Origin: an uncultured delta proteobacterium | Lineage (GTDB): Bacteria > Myxococcota_A > Polyangia > Polyangiales > B10-G4 | Length of the DNA: 64,000 nt | Reading direction: 5' to 3' | Assembly: GCA_963727445.1 (NCBI GenBank) | Contig: CAVSGI010000010.1 | Coordinates: 672,001-736,000, forward strand | In this document: positions 40,238 to 49,610 of the stretch, piece by piece | How positions within the stretch are numbered: position 1 is the first letter of the stretch | How the letters are laid out: each line of letters starts with the position of its first letter | Program-made: the position numbers and the translations under genes | Notes under the pieces: generated by a model | Databases searched by the model: none | What the model saw: only the letters and a program-made list of their open reading frames with translations | Told to the model about the DNA's origin: nothing

Positions 40238-41539
40238 ATGCTTCGTCTGCTCTGCATCGCGTGGCTGCTTTCGTGGGGCTGCGCCCACGACATCGACGGG
40301 CTGCAAGCGCCCATAGGGGACGGGGGCGCCCGCGACTCGGGCGAGAGGGACGCGCGGACGGACGGCGAGCCAGTCGACGGTTCCCTGGACTCCGCGCCTT
40401 CCGACGCCGCACCGGATGCGATGATGCTGCTCGGGCTCGAGGTCTCGGATGTGGCGCTCGGACGCGACCACACGTGTGCCTTGGCCACGATAGATGGCCG
40501 TCTCTACTGCTGGGGACGCAACGACTCGGGACAGGCGGTGCCGGGTGGCGACACCTCAGCGGTGTTGACGCCACAATCCATCGGAACCCAGTACGTCGAC
40601 GTCGCCGCCGGCGGCGCACACACCTGCGCGGTCACCATGGATGGCGAGGTTCGCTGCTGGGGCGCCAACGACCACAACCAGCTCGGTCGAACCGACGTGC
40701 CGATGGACATGCGGATCGTCTCAGGCCTGGAGGGGATCGTGGAGCTCGAGTTGGGCTACTGGCACAGCTGTGCAAGTGACGGAGACCTGAACCTCTACTG
40801 CTGGGGGCAGAACGCGTCGGGCGAGCTTGGGAACGGGACGACTGGCGGAACCGACCCCTTGCCGGGCCTGGTGACGGGCCTGGATCTCACCCCGACGTCG
40901 AGCCGGCGACACTGGTCGGCTGGCGATGGACCCAACTGCGCGATCGATAGGGGAGGCACGGAAGACAGGCTGTTGTGTTGGGGGTACGGGGCATACGGCG
41001 CAATCGGGAACGGCGGCACCACGAGCCAACCAACCCCTGTGGAGCCGGATCTCATGGGTGTCCCGCGGATGGTCTCGGTCGGAGGAATCCCCGACGAAGA
41101 CGGCACTGGGCATGGCGGCCATGCTTGCGCTGTGGTCGGCACGAACTTGTATTGCTGGGGTCGAAACGATTTCAATCAGGCCACTGCCGATGCGGGCGAC
41201 GTGGTTTCCTCGCCAACTTTGGTGATGGGGATCGAAATCGAAGACGTGAGCGCCGGTGGCTGGCACACCTGCATCGTCCAGTCCCATGCCGTGTCCTGCT
41301 GGGGCCGCAACCGATCCGGACAGCTGGGAAGCGGATCCACTACGGACTTGTACCCCACCGACGCCTCGGAGGTATTGAGCGACATCCAGACCGTCGAAGC
41401 CGGCGGGAGACACACCTGTGCTATCAGCCGCCTCGGGTTGCTCTACTGCTGGGGCTCGAACGAGTATGGGCAAAGCGGTGGCTCCGATACCGCGAGCGAT
41501 GTGCTCGAGCCTCAGATGGTCGTCCTCGCCCCGCCCTGA
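40238..41539 (+). CDS. RCC1-repeat beta-propeller lipoprotein
   Basis: Lipobox SWGC; seven repeats of GxxHTC..LYCWGxNxxGQ. Confidence 0.9.
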   Translation: MLRLLCIAWLLSWGCAHDIDGLQAPIGDGGARDSGERDARTDGEPVDGSLDSAPSDAAPDAMMLLGLEVSDVALGRDHTCALATIDGRLYCWGRNDSGQAVPGGDTSAVLTPQSIGTQYVDVAAGGAHTCAVTMDGEVRCWGANDHNQLGRTDVPMDMRIVSGLEGIVELELGYWHSCASDGDLNLYCWGQNASGELGNGTTGGTDPLPGLVTGLDLTPTSSRRHWSAGDGPNCAIDRGGTEDRLLCWGYGAYGAIGNGGTTSQPTPVEPDLMGVPRMVSVGGIPDEDGTGHGGHACAVVGTNLYCWGRNDFNQATADAGDVVSSPTLVMGIEIEDVSAGGWHTCIVQSHAVSCWGRNRSGQLGSGSTTDLYPTDASEVLSDIQTVEAGGRHTCAISRLGLLYCWGSNEYGQSGGSDTASDVLEPQMVVLAPP

Positions 41540-41540
41540 C

Positions 41541-42245
41541 TCAGAAGCGGCCGCTGAGCTCGGCGCCGAAGGGCGAGACGCGGAGCGCGGCGCTGGTCTC
41601 CGAGCCGCTCTCGCCCCCCTCGACGAAGAAGAGCACCACGCTGAGCACCGCCGCGCCGATCGCGGTGAAGAGAAAGACGTTGGTGAGCGTGTCGAGGGTG
41701 CGAAGCGTCCCCACCTCGTCGTCGCTGCAGCCACTCGGCGCCCGATCGGCGCAGCTCGCGCGCAGCGAGCTCTCCTCGCCGTTGCCGGCGAGCCACGTGC
41801 CCACCGCGGCGCCACCCAGAGCGACGGCTGCTGCGAGGGAGATCCAGGTGAAGAGCCGACCGCCACCGCCGTCTTCGGCGGCCCCGCCCTCCGCGATCTC
41901 CGCGCGGAGGATGCGCAGGCGGCCTTCGACCTCGGTGCGGTTCTCGGCGTCGGGAATGGCCTCGAGGTAGCGTTCGAAGTAGTCGACGGCCTCTGCGTCA
42001 CGGCGCAGGCGGTCGAGACAGGACGCGATGTTGAACAGGAGCACCGGTCGCTCGCTCAGCTCGTACGCGCCCTGGAAGTGCCCGAGCGCCGCCTCGAAGC
42101 GTCCGTCGATGAAGGCGCTTCGCCCGGCCTCGAAGAGGTTTCGCGCCTCCTCGTCACTGAGGTCGGGCGCCGGCGCGTCCTGCGCACCGGCGGCGCCGAC
42201 GGCCATCACCAGAGTCGTCATGCACGAAGCGAAAAAGAGACGCAC
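41541..42245 (-). CDS. Secreted TPR protein with C-terminal hydrophobic hairpin and beta-strand
   Basis: EARNLFEAGRSAF..FQGAYELS..LLFNIA; ends GAELSGRF. Confidence 0.85.
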   Translation of the reverse strand: MRLFFASCMTTLVMAVGAAGAQDAPAPDLSDEEARNLFEAGRSAFIDGRFEAALGHFQGAYELSERPVLLFNIASCLDRLRRDAEAVDYFERYLEAIPDAENRTEVEGRLRILRAEIAEGGAAEDGGGGRLFTWISLAAAVALGGAAVGTWLAGNGEESSLRASCADRAPSGCSDDEVGTLRTLDTLTNVFLFTAIGAAVLSVVLFFVEGGESGSETSAALRVSPFGAELSGRF

Positions 42246-42292
42246 GCTGCCAGAGCCTATCGAATCGCGAAGAGCGCCGCTATCCAGACGCA

Positions 42293-42324
42293 GAAAAGGG
42301 GACGAGCCTTTCGACTCGTCCCCT
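42293..42324 (-). terminator. Rho-independent terminator of the tRNA cluster
   Basis: AGGGGACGAG-TCGAAAGG-CTCGTCCCCT followed by TTT, immediately after tRNA-Lys. Confidence 0.8.
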
Positions 42325-42328
42325 CTCG

Positions 42329-42404
<76 letters not shown>

Positions 42405-42410
42405 GTTGTT

Positions 42411-42487
42411 TGGCGCACCCGGTAGGATTCGAACCTACGACCTGCGGATTCGAAGTCCGACGCTCTATCCAGCTGAGCTACGGGTGC
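42411..42487 (-). tRNA. tRNA-Arg(TCG)
   Basis: GCACCCGTAGCTCAGCTGGATAGAGCGTCGGACT-TCG-AATCCG..GGTTCGAATCC..GGGTGCGCCA. Confidence 0.97.
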
Positions 42488-42501
42488 ATTGAGCGAGCGC
42501 C

Positions 42502-42529
42502 TTGATAGTCGATAATCCCGTGCTGTCAA
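42502..42529 (-). promoter_or_regulatory. sigma70 promoter for tRNA-Arg/Lys
   Basis: TTGACA-N16-TATCAA followed by a GC-rich discriminator. Confidence 0.6.
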
Positions 42530-42536
42530 TACTCGT

Positions 42537-42612
42537 TGGGGTGAGTGACGGGAATTGAACCCGCGACTTCCGGAGCCACAATCCAGCGCTCTACCACTGA
42601 GCTACACCCACC
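42537..42612 (-). tRNA. tRNA-His(GTG)
   Basis: G-1 + GTGGGTGTAGCTCAGTGGTAGAGCGCTGGATT-GTG-GCTCCGG..GGTTCAATTCC..CTCACCCCA. Confidence 0.97.
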
Positions 42613-42667
42613 AAATGCGGCGGGAGAATAACGCGGCTTCGCCCGAACGCAACCACCGCGAGCCCGC

Positions 42668-42964
42668 CTAGTGGCCCAAGCGGTCGCAGGCGTCCTGGCG
42701 GCCCTCGAAACAGGCCGTCTCGAGCATCGCCTGGTCCATCTCGTCGAGCGGAACCGGCTCCTCGTCGTCCTCGAGGCCCTCGCCCAGCTCGAGTGGCTCT
42801 TCGTCCTCGACGCCGGCCCCCATCTCCTCGACGGCGGCTCCCTCGGCCGCGCCCGGCGCGACCATCTCCTCGTCCGCCGCCGGCGCCTCCTCCCGCTCCT
42901 CACTACAGCCAGCGGCCGCGGCGATCAGCACCACGGCCGAGGCGAGCGCGGCGAGGACACGCAC
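42668..42964 (-). CDS. Small acidic lipoprotein
   Basis: Lipobox AAAGC, Glu-rich, C-terminal ACFEGRQDAC. Confidence 0.7.
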   Translation of the reverse strand: MRVLAALASAVVLIAAAAGCSEEREEAPAADEEMVAPGAAEGAAVEEMGAGVEDEEPLELGEGLEDDEEPVPLDEMDQAMLETACFEGRQDACDRLGH

Positions 42965-42968
42965 GGCT

Positions 42969-43299
42969 TCAGTCCTGGACCAGCATCTCGAAGAGGGCGA
43001 GGTTCTCGGCCTCCTCGGGATCGACGCGGCCGTCGGCGACCACCATCGCGCGCGCAGCGTCGAGGAAGAGCTGCCGATGCTCCCGCGGGATCTGGCTGGG
43101 GTCGAGCTCCTCGGCGGGCGGCGGAACCTCGAGCCAACCGCGCACCTGGTCGAGCTCTTCGGCCGTCAGACCGAGCTTCTCGCTCATCTTGGCGACGAAG
43201 CTTCGCTCTTCGTCTTGGATTCTCGAGATCCGCCCACGCGAAGGAGCAGATGAAGCGCATCAACCGAAGGCGGTCTTCGGAGTCGAGGTTTCCGAGCAT
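42969..43299 (-). pseudogene. TerB-family protein, frameshift at about 43220
   Basis: MLGNL..FICSFAWADLE joins IQDEERSFV..MVVADGRVDPEE if one A is removed; both AD(L/G)x(I/V)xxEE TerB motifs are then restored. Confidence 0.8.
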
Positions 43300-43336
43300 G
43301 GGCCCATACTACCACCGGCCCGGCCGGGAGGAAGCG

Positions 43337-43522
43337 CTACTCGCCAGCGTCGTCCTCGGCCGCGGCGGCGCCGAAGGTCCCGGCGGCGCAGGTCCCCACC
43401 TCGTTCGAGGTCATCTTCACGAAGAGGAGGATCCCCGCCAGGGTGCCGACGGCGAGGAGGAGGACCAGACGCACGAGAAAGCGGTGGTCGCGCTTGATCG
43501 CGTGCTTCTCCAGGTCGGCCAC
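43337..43522 (-). CDS. Small single-TM protein
   Basis: VADLEKHAIKRDHRFLVRLVLLLAVGTLAGILLF; fills the intergenic gap with GC3-biased codons. Confidence 0.55.
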   Translation of the reverse strand: MADLEKHAIKRDHRFLVRLVLLLAVGTLAGILLFVKMTSNEVGTCAAGTFGAAAAEDDAGE

Positions 43523-43642
43523 GACCTCAACATGCCCGGTGGAGCAGGCCGGCGCAACGTACGGGGGCACCTCAGAAGATCAAAATCTCGCGCGTTTGCG
43601 GTATCGTTGCCGCCCGCGTCTGGGAATCGGAGATAAATATCG

Positions 43643-44923
43643 ATGGCGACGACGATCACGATGCCCTCCCTGGGCGAGAGCGTGGCCGAGGGCGAGGTCG
43701 GAAAATGGCTCGTGCAAGAAGGTCAGCACGTGTCGAAGGACGACCCCCTCGTCGAGATCATGACCGACAAGGCCGACAGCGAGATCCCGGCCACGTCGGA
43801 TGGCGTCATCACGAAGATCTTCGTGACCGAGGGCGACATGGTCGCGGTGGGCGATGCCCTCTGTGAGATCGACGCGAACGCCGAAGCGACCGCGTCTCCG
43901 TCGAACGGCGAAGCGGCGGCGCCAGCGCCAGCCCCAGCCGCCGAAGCGCCGCAATCGAGCGGTGACGCGCCGACCTCCCCCGCCGTCCGCAAGCTCGCGC
44001 GCGAAAAGGGCGTCGACCTCGGCAGCGTGCGCGGCACCGGCGACGGCGGCCGCATCACGCGCGACGACGTCCTCGCCTCCGCGGGAGGAGCCGCCGATGT
44101 CGGGAGCGGCACCCACGAAGCAATCTCGCCCCCCCCGCCCAAGAGCGAGAAGAAGAGCGCCAAGCGCGAGCGCCCGGCGCCCGGGCCGAGCGGCGCCTTT
44201 CGCATGCCTCCCTACGTCGAGTCGGAGGGCGACGAGATCATCCCCTTCACCCGCCGGCGCCGCATCATCGCCGACCACATGGTCTATTCGAAGCTCACCG
44301 CCCCGCACGTGGTGACCTTCGCCGAGTGCGATCTGCACGCCAGCACCAAGCTCCGCGCGGCCCACAAGGCCGAGTTCAAGAAGGCGGGCCTGAACCTCAC
44401 CTTCCTCGCCTTCGTCTGCGCCGCCGCCGCCAAGGCCCTGCGCGAGTACCGCGAGCTCAACGCCCGCGTCCTCGACGACGCCTACGTCCTGCTCCGCGAC
44501 ATCAACCTCGGCATCGCCGTGGACACCGAAGAAGGCCTGGTCGTCCCGGTCATCAAGAGCGCCGACGAGCTGTCGATCCGCGGCATCGCCCGGGCCATCG
44601 ACGAGCTGGCCACCAAGGCCCGCGACGGCGAGCTCCGTCCCGACGATCTCGCGAGCAAGACCTTCACCATCAGCAACCCCGGCCGCCGCGGCAACCTGGT
44701 CGGCGGCGCCATCATCTCCCAGCCCAACGTCGGCATCCTCCGCATGGGCGAGATCAAGAAGCGGGTGGTCGTCGTCGAAAAGGACGGCGAGGACCTGATG
44801 GCGATCCACCCCGTGATGCAGATGGCGCTCTCCTACGATCACCGCATCGTCGACGGCGTGCACGCCAATGGCTTCCTCTGGCGGATCAACGAGATCCTCG
44901 AGACCGCCGACTTCGAGGTGTAG
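43643..44923 (+). CDS. 2-oxoacid dehydrogenase E2 dihydrolipoamide acyltransferase
   Basis: Lipoyl domain TDKADSE, E3-binding SPAVRKLARE..GTGDGGRIT, TFTISN, LSYDHRIVDG. Confidence 0.95.
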   Translation: MATTITMPSLGESVAEGEVGKWLVQEGQHVSKDDPLVEIMTDKADSEIPATSDGVITKIFVTEGDMVAVGDALCEIDANAEATASPSNGEAAAPAPAPAAEAPQSSGDAPTSPAVRKLAREKGVDLGSVRGTGDGGRITRDDVLASAGGAADVGSGTHEAISPPPPKSEKKSAKRERPAPGPSGAFRMPPYVESEGDEIIPFTRRRRIIADHMVYSKLTAPHVVTFAECDLHASTKLRAAHKAEFKKAGLNLTFLAFVCAAAAKALREYRELNARVLDDAYVLLRDINLGIAVDTEEGLVVPVIKSADELSIRGIARAIDELATKARDGELRPDDLASKTFTISNPGRRGNLVGGAIISQPNVGILRMGEIKKRVVVVEKDGEDLMAIHPVMQMALSYDHRIVDGVHANGFLWRINEILETADFEV

Positions 44924-44954
44924 CTGGCGCCGCCAGCCCACCTCGGTCACTCCC

Positions 44955-45755
44955 GTGCTCGCTTCCTCTCGCCGCGCCACCGCGCTCACGCTCGCTCTCG
45001 CGGCCGTCCTGACGGCCTCCTGCGGAGGCGACGCTGCCGATCCCGTCGCCGTCGCGAACTTCTGCGACGGATGGGTGCGATCGGTCTGCGATGCATCGAG
45101 CCGTTGCGGGTGCGCCCTCGACGCGGCCACGTGCGAGATGCGCGCGGCTGGGGCCTGCGTGCTCCAAGAGGGCGGCGCGACGCGTGAGATGGTCGACATG
45201 GGCGCCCTCCCCTACGACCCGGTGGCGGCGGGACGCTACCTCGACACCATCACCGCCATCTCCTGCGAAGAGCGCGCGAGCCTCTGCGGCACCACCGGCC
45301 CCTGCCTCGGCCTCGGCGCCGAAGGCGACGCGTGCGGGGAGACGATTGGCTGCGCCGCTGCGCTGGCTTGCGTCGGCGGCAGCTGCGTCACGCCCACGGC
45401 GGATGGGTCGTCGTGCACGAGTGGCGCTGCCTGTGCGTCAGGCCGCTGCGAGCGCGGCCAGTGCGAGCCAGCCGGAGCGATCGGCGACGCCTGCTCCGAG
45501 CAGGCGGCCTGCGCCAGCGGCAACTGCGACTTCGCGACGGGGCGCTGTCGTGACAAAGAGCCCGAGGGTGGCCTCTGCACCGAGCACAGCGAGTGCGAGA
45601 GCGGCTACTGCGACCGGAACCTCGACCTGGGCGCGGGGAGCTGCCAGCCCTTGGTGCCGACGGGTGGGAGCTGCGACGAAGACGCGATGTGTGAAGGGGG
45701 CGCCTGCTTCAGCGGCGTCTGCGGCCTGGCCCTCTGCGACGACGTGATCGCCTGA
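44955..45755 (+). CDS. Cys-rich (Dickkopf-like repeat) lipoprotein
   Basis: Lipobox LTASC; five GxxC....CxSGxC repeats; start uncertain. Confidence 0.75.
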   Translation: MLASSRRATALTLALAAVLTASCGGDAADPVAVANFCDGWVRSVCDASSRCGCALDAATCEMRAAGACVLQEGGATREMVDMGALPYDPVAAGRYLDTITAISCEERASLCGTTGPCLGLGAEGDACGETIGCAAALACVGGSCVTPTADGSSCTSGAACASGRCERGQCEPAGAIGDACSEQAACASGNCDFATGRCRDKEPEGGLCTEHSECESGYCDRNLDLGAGSCQPLVPTGGSCDEDAMCEGGACFSGVCGLALCDDVIA

Positions 45756-45849
45756 GACGCGGAGCGCGACGCGCTCTCTGCTCCAAGCGAACCCCTGTGA
45801 AGGCCTGCCCGTTCGCGCTCTTGTCGGCGTTTTAGCCCCCTCGAGCAGG

Positions 45850-45865
45850 TGGCATCCGCCTTGCT
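45850..45865 (+). promoter_or_regulatory. sigma54 promoter
   Basis: TGGCATCCGCCTTGCT; ATG 45878 falls near the predicted +1. Confidence 0.72.
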
Positions 45866-45877
45866 CCAAGAGCCCAC

Positions 45878-46657
45878 ATGGCTGCTCGAGCTCCAATTCT
45901 CCTGGTCGCGACCCCCGGCGCCGCGCTCCTCCTCCTTCTCTCCGCCTGCACCAGCGACACGGTCTGTGGCGCTGGAACCATCGAGGTGGACGGCACGTGC
46001 GTCGTCGACGACACGACCGCGGGCAGCACCACGGATGGGGGCAGCGGCAGCCTGCCACCTGCGGACTCGGACGCGGGGATGGAGGACCCCATGGGGAGCG
46101 GAAGCACCGGCGGCACCGGCGGCGGCGGCAGCGGCAGCGGCAGCGGAACGGGCGGCACCGGGAGCGGCGGCGGCAGCGGCAGTGGGTCGGCGGATGGGGG
46201 TTACTCCACCGATCCGCCCGGCAGCGACTCGGGCGGCTCTGCCGCCACCGGTTGCGATGCGGCCTCGGGCGAGTGCGACGCCTGGGAAGAGGCGATCGCC
46301 GCTGGCCTCGTGGAGCGCCAGATGGCCGCGGGCTGCGACCACGCCATGATGAGCGACCCGCGCATCGACGGCGTCGCCGAGACGCACGCCGCCTACCAGG
46401 CGAGCATCGACATGCTCACCAGCGACAGCCCCGACGGAAGCCTCTTCGACCAGGTCAGCGCTGCAGGCGTCGACTACCGCGACGTCGCTTCGCTCTTCTC
46501 GGTCTCGGTCGATGGGCCCGATGACGTGCTCACCCGCTGGGACGCGAGCACTCGAGCCGCCCCCATCCTCACGCGCTGCGACACCATCATCGGCGTGGGT
46601 GTGGCGACGGGCGCTTCCGGGGACAGCTACGTCACCGTGCTCATGGCGCGACTCTGA
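45878..46657 (+). CDS. Lipoprotein with Gly/Ser linker and degenerate CAP/SCP-like domain
   Basis: LLSAC; GSGSG linker; VAETHA..W..IL..IGVGVA..YVT pattern. Confidence 0.72.
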   Translation: MAARAPILLVATPGAALLLLLSACTSDTVCGAGTIEVDGTCVVDDTTAGSTTDGGSGSLPPADSDAGMEDPMGSGSTGGTGGGGSGSGSGTGGTGSGGGSGSGSADGGYSTDPPGSDSGGSAATGCDAASGECDAWEEAIAAGLVERQMAAGCDHAMMSDPRIDGVAETHAAYQASIDMLTSDSPDGSLFDQVSAAGVDYRDVASLFSVSVDGPDDVLTRWDASTRAAPILTRCDTIIGVGVATGASGDSYVTVLMARL

Positions 46658-46665
46658 GCGCGCCT

Positions 46666-47181
46666 TCAGTCGCGCTCGGGGATCACGAGACGCCCCGATT
46701 GGTAGCGGCGCCGCGCCCACTCGGCGAGGGCCATGCCGCAGGCGACCGATACCGGGTAGCTGTGATTGATGCCGTACATCGGGATGCCGACCACCTCGTG
46801 TGCGGCGTCGAGGATGGCGTCGCTGATCCCGTCGTCCTCGTTGCCGAAGACCAGCACCGCGTCCTCCGGGAGCTCCGCCTCCCAGAGCCCGATGGTCGCG
46901 CGATCCTTTTCGAAGGCCACCAACTTCCACTCGTTGTCGCGCGCACGCGACAGGAAGCTCTCCTCGTCGGGCAGCTCGACGATGTTCTCCCACTTCTGCA
47001 TCCCCATCGCGGCGCGCTCGTACCAGGGCTCGGTGCCGACGAGGAGGATCTCCCTGGCGAGAAAGGAGTGCGCGGTCCGCACCATCGTGCCGATGTTGAA
47101 CGGGTTCTTGGCGCGATCGATCGCCACCCGGAACGGATGCCGGATGCGGTCGAGCTCGCGCCTGGCCTCGTCGCGAGGCAT
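46666..47181 (-). CDS. SpoU/TrmH family RNA methyltransferase
   Basis: KNPFNIGTMVRTA, LVFGNEDDGI, IPMYGINHSYPVS. The true start may be 47201 if the C7 run at 47187-47193 is C8. Confidence 0.92.
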   Translation of the reverse strand: MPRDEARRELDRIRHPFRVAIDRAKNPFNIGTMVRTAHSFLAREILLVGTEPWYERAAMGMQKWENIVELPDEESFLSRARDNEWKLVAFEKDRATIGLWEAELPEDAVLVFGNEDDGISDAILDAAHEVVGIPMYGINHSYPVSVACGMALAEWARRRYQSGRLVIPERD

Positions 47182-47361
47182 TCCGAGGGGGGGACCTTCA
47201 TCGAGATACGGCTTTTCTCATAGCACCCGACAGCGGGCCTCCGCCAAGGCAATGGGGGCGGGCCAAAGGGTCGGATCTGCTCTAACCTCCGCACCCGAGG
47301 CGCGGCCATTCACGAAGCGGCGGACAGCACCGATACCACTCTCGATCCCGGCACCGCGCGG

Positions 47362-49590
47362 GTGCTGGACGGCCTGCGTCTGGTGCTCGTCGTCCACGAC
47401 GAGGCGCGCGCATCGGTCCTGAGCGAGGAGCTGCGCAAACGGAACGTGGTCATCGGCCGGCTCGAGGCCCACGCCGCCGCGGACCTCGCCCCCATCCGCG
47501 ACCTCGATCCCGAGGTGGTGCTCTTCGATCCGCAAGCGCTCGGCTCGGCGGGCCTCGCGCTGACGCGGGCCCTCAACGCCGACGATCGCCTCCGCTGGGC
47601 GTCGGTCTTACGCTGCGACGTCGGCCGTCTCTGGAAGCCGGGCGAAGAGCTGCCGGATCTGCGCCGCCTCGCCTCGCTCCTCGCGCCCCTGGTCGACGCC
47701 GAACGCTCGTTCCGCCACCGGGTCCGCTCCGAAGGCTCGGTGGTGACGGAGCTCGACCGCATCGGACCGAACCGCACGCTCCGCGTGCTCGCGGCGGCGG
47801 GCGGCGCGTTCATGCTCGAGGCGCAGGCACCGGAGGCGCGCGCCGAGCTCGGCATCGAGGATGGCGCGGTGGTGACCGCGACTTACGAGGTGCTCGACGA
47901 GGACGGCCCTCCGGTGACGGGCGAGAGCGCGGTCGCCGGGTTCATGGCGCTTCGCGCGGGGCTGTTGGAGATCGAGCGGATCGCGCGAGCGCCGAGCCCG
48001 CGGGAGCTGACACGTCCCGGTGGTCCGTCACCGCAGCTCCTCGACCGGTCGCGGATGAACGCCGTCGACGTCGACTCCACCGAAAAGACCGCGCCGATCA
48101 CCTTCGACGAAGCCGAGCTCCTCGCCCGGCCCACCGATCCCATGCCGCGCTACGAGCGGATGAGTCAGGAACAGACGCGCAACGTCCACCTCGCCGAGAA
48201 GCCCCAGAGCGACAGCGAAGAGACCCGTCAATTCATCCCGCCGGACGCCTTCGCCCTGCCGGACCTGGCGGACGCGGACTACGGCGAGACCATCGAAGAG
48301 GAAGCGTGGACCTCGCCGGTGGTGAAGCCCTATCGGCCTTCGCGCCCGAGCGCTCCAGTGATGCCGCCCAAGCCGTCGGTCTCGCCCAGCCAGGGCGCGA
48401 AGCTCGGCTCCTCACCGCCTCCGCCGATGGAGGAGAAGGACGAGCCGAAGCGCAAGAAGCGCAAGAAGCCGATCCCGAAGCCGACCCCGCTGGCGATCCC
48501 GCGCGCCCGTATCCACACGAAGGGCCCAGGCGCCGTGAAGGCGGTGACCTTCGACGAGACTGCCGACACACCCGCCGTTGCGCCCAAGCCCACGCCCGCG
48601 CCTCCCAAGCCGCGCGGTCCAGAGGTGCAGCCGGTGATCAGCGCGCAGCCGGAGCCCGACGACACCTTGCCGGACGCCACGGACGACGAGGACATCGAGC
48701 TCGACGACGCGCCGACCAACCCACATCCGTCGACCCCTCCGGCCGCGCCGAGCTACGACGCGACGCGACAGCCCACGGATATCACCCCCCGTCCCCAAGC
48801 GGCTCAGAACACGTCGGAGGCCCGCTCCGCCCTGGTCTGGGTCGCGGCCGCCACCATCCTCGTCGCCGCCATCGGCGTCGCCCTCGGCGTCGTCACCTCG
48901 CAGGACGACCTCTTGGGGGGAGAGGAGGTGGCGATGAATGGGGGGACGGGGTCGGGAACGGAAACGGAAACGGCCGCGGGAACGGGAACGGGAACGGGAA
49001 CGGGAACGGGAACGGCCGCGGGAACGGGAACGGCCGCGGGAACGGAAACGGAAACGGAAACGGAAACGGAAACGGAAACGGAGGCGGGAACGGGAACGGC
49101 CGCGGAAACGGAGACGGAAACGGGAACGGCCGCGGAAACGGAGACGGAAACGGGAACGGCCGCGGAAACGGAGACGGAAACGGGAACGGCCGCGGGCTCC
49201 GACTCCCCTGCCCACTCCAACACCCCCGATCCCAACCGGGCGGAAGCGCTGGTGGCGCAGGCCGAGGAGCTCGAGATCCCCGAGCACGCGGAGGAGGCGC
49301 TCGCGCTCTACGAAGAGGCGTTCATGCTCGACTCGGGGAGCCACGAGGCGCTGGCCGGCATGGCGGAGATCTATCTCGCCACCGGGCATCCAGCGACCGC
49401 CGTGCGCTACGCCGAGCGTGCGCACCGACGCTCCACGCATCGCGTCAGCTACCTCATGCTTCTCGGGGACGCCTACCTCGCCGTGCACAACCACCGCGCG
49501 GCGCAGCAGGCCTGGATGGAGGCCTGGGAGATCCATCCTTCCGAGCGCCTGAGGCGACGCCTCGATCGCGTGGGCCGCGCGCCGGAATGA
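47362..49590 (+). CDS. Membrane protein: degenerate receiver, DUF4388-like domain, Pro-rich linker, TM, Thr/Glu/Gly repeat stalk, TPR
   Basis: DPEVVLFD; ELGIEDGAVVTA..GESAV; TM LVWVAAATILVAAIGVALGVV; C-terminal TPRs. Confidence 0.75.
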   Translation: MLDGLRLVLVVHDEARASVLSEELRKRNVVIGRLEAHAAADLAPIRDLDPEVVLFDPQALGSAGLALTRALNADDRLRWASVLRCDVGRLWKPGEELPDLRRLASLLAPLVDAERSFRHRVRSEGSVVTELDRIGPNRTLRVLAAAGGAFMLEAQAPEARAELGIEDGAVVTATYEVLDEDGPPVTGESAVAGFMALRAGLLEIERIARAPSPRELTRPGGPSPQLLDRSRMNAVDVDSTEKTAPITFDEAELLARPTDPMPRYERMSQEQTRNVHLAEKPQSDSEETRQFIPPDAFALPDLADADYGETIEEEAWTSPVVKPYRPSRPSAPVMPPKPSVSPSQGAKLGSSPPPPMEEKDEPKRKKRKKPIPKPTPLAIPRARIHTKGPGAVKAVTFDETADTPAVAPKPTPAPPKPRGPEVQPVISAQPEPDDTLPDATDDEDIELDDAPTNPHPSTPPAAPSYDATRQPTDITPRPQAAQNTSEARSALVWVAAATILVAAIGVALGVVTSQDDLLGGEEVAMNGGTGSGTETETAAGTGTGTGTGTGTAAGTGTAAGTETETETETETETEAGTGTAAETETETGTAAETETETGTAAETETETGTAAGSDSPAHSNTPDPNRAEALVAQAEELEIPEHAEEALALYEEAFMLDSGSHEALAGMAEIYLATGHPATAVRYAERAHRRSTHRVSYLMLLGDAYLAVHNHRAAQQAWMEAWEIHPSERLRRRLDRVGRAPE
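48955..49194 (+). repeat. Nested hexamer (GGAACG/GAAACG) and 30-bp tandem repeats
   Basis: (GGAACG)n, (GAAACG)n and about 3.5 copies of CGGGAACGGCCGCGGAAACGGAGACGGAAA at 49091-49194. Confidence 0.92.
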
Positions 49591-49610
49591 TCACCGGCGC
49601 GAAGCGCCGC

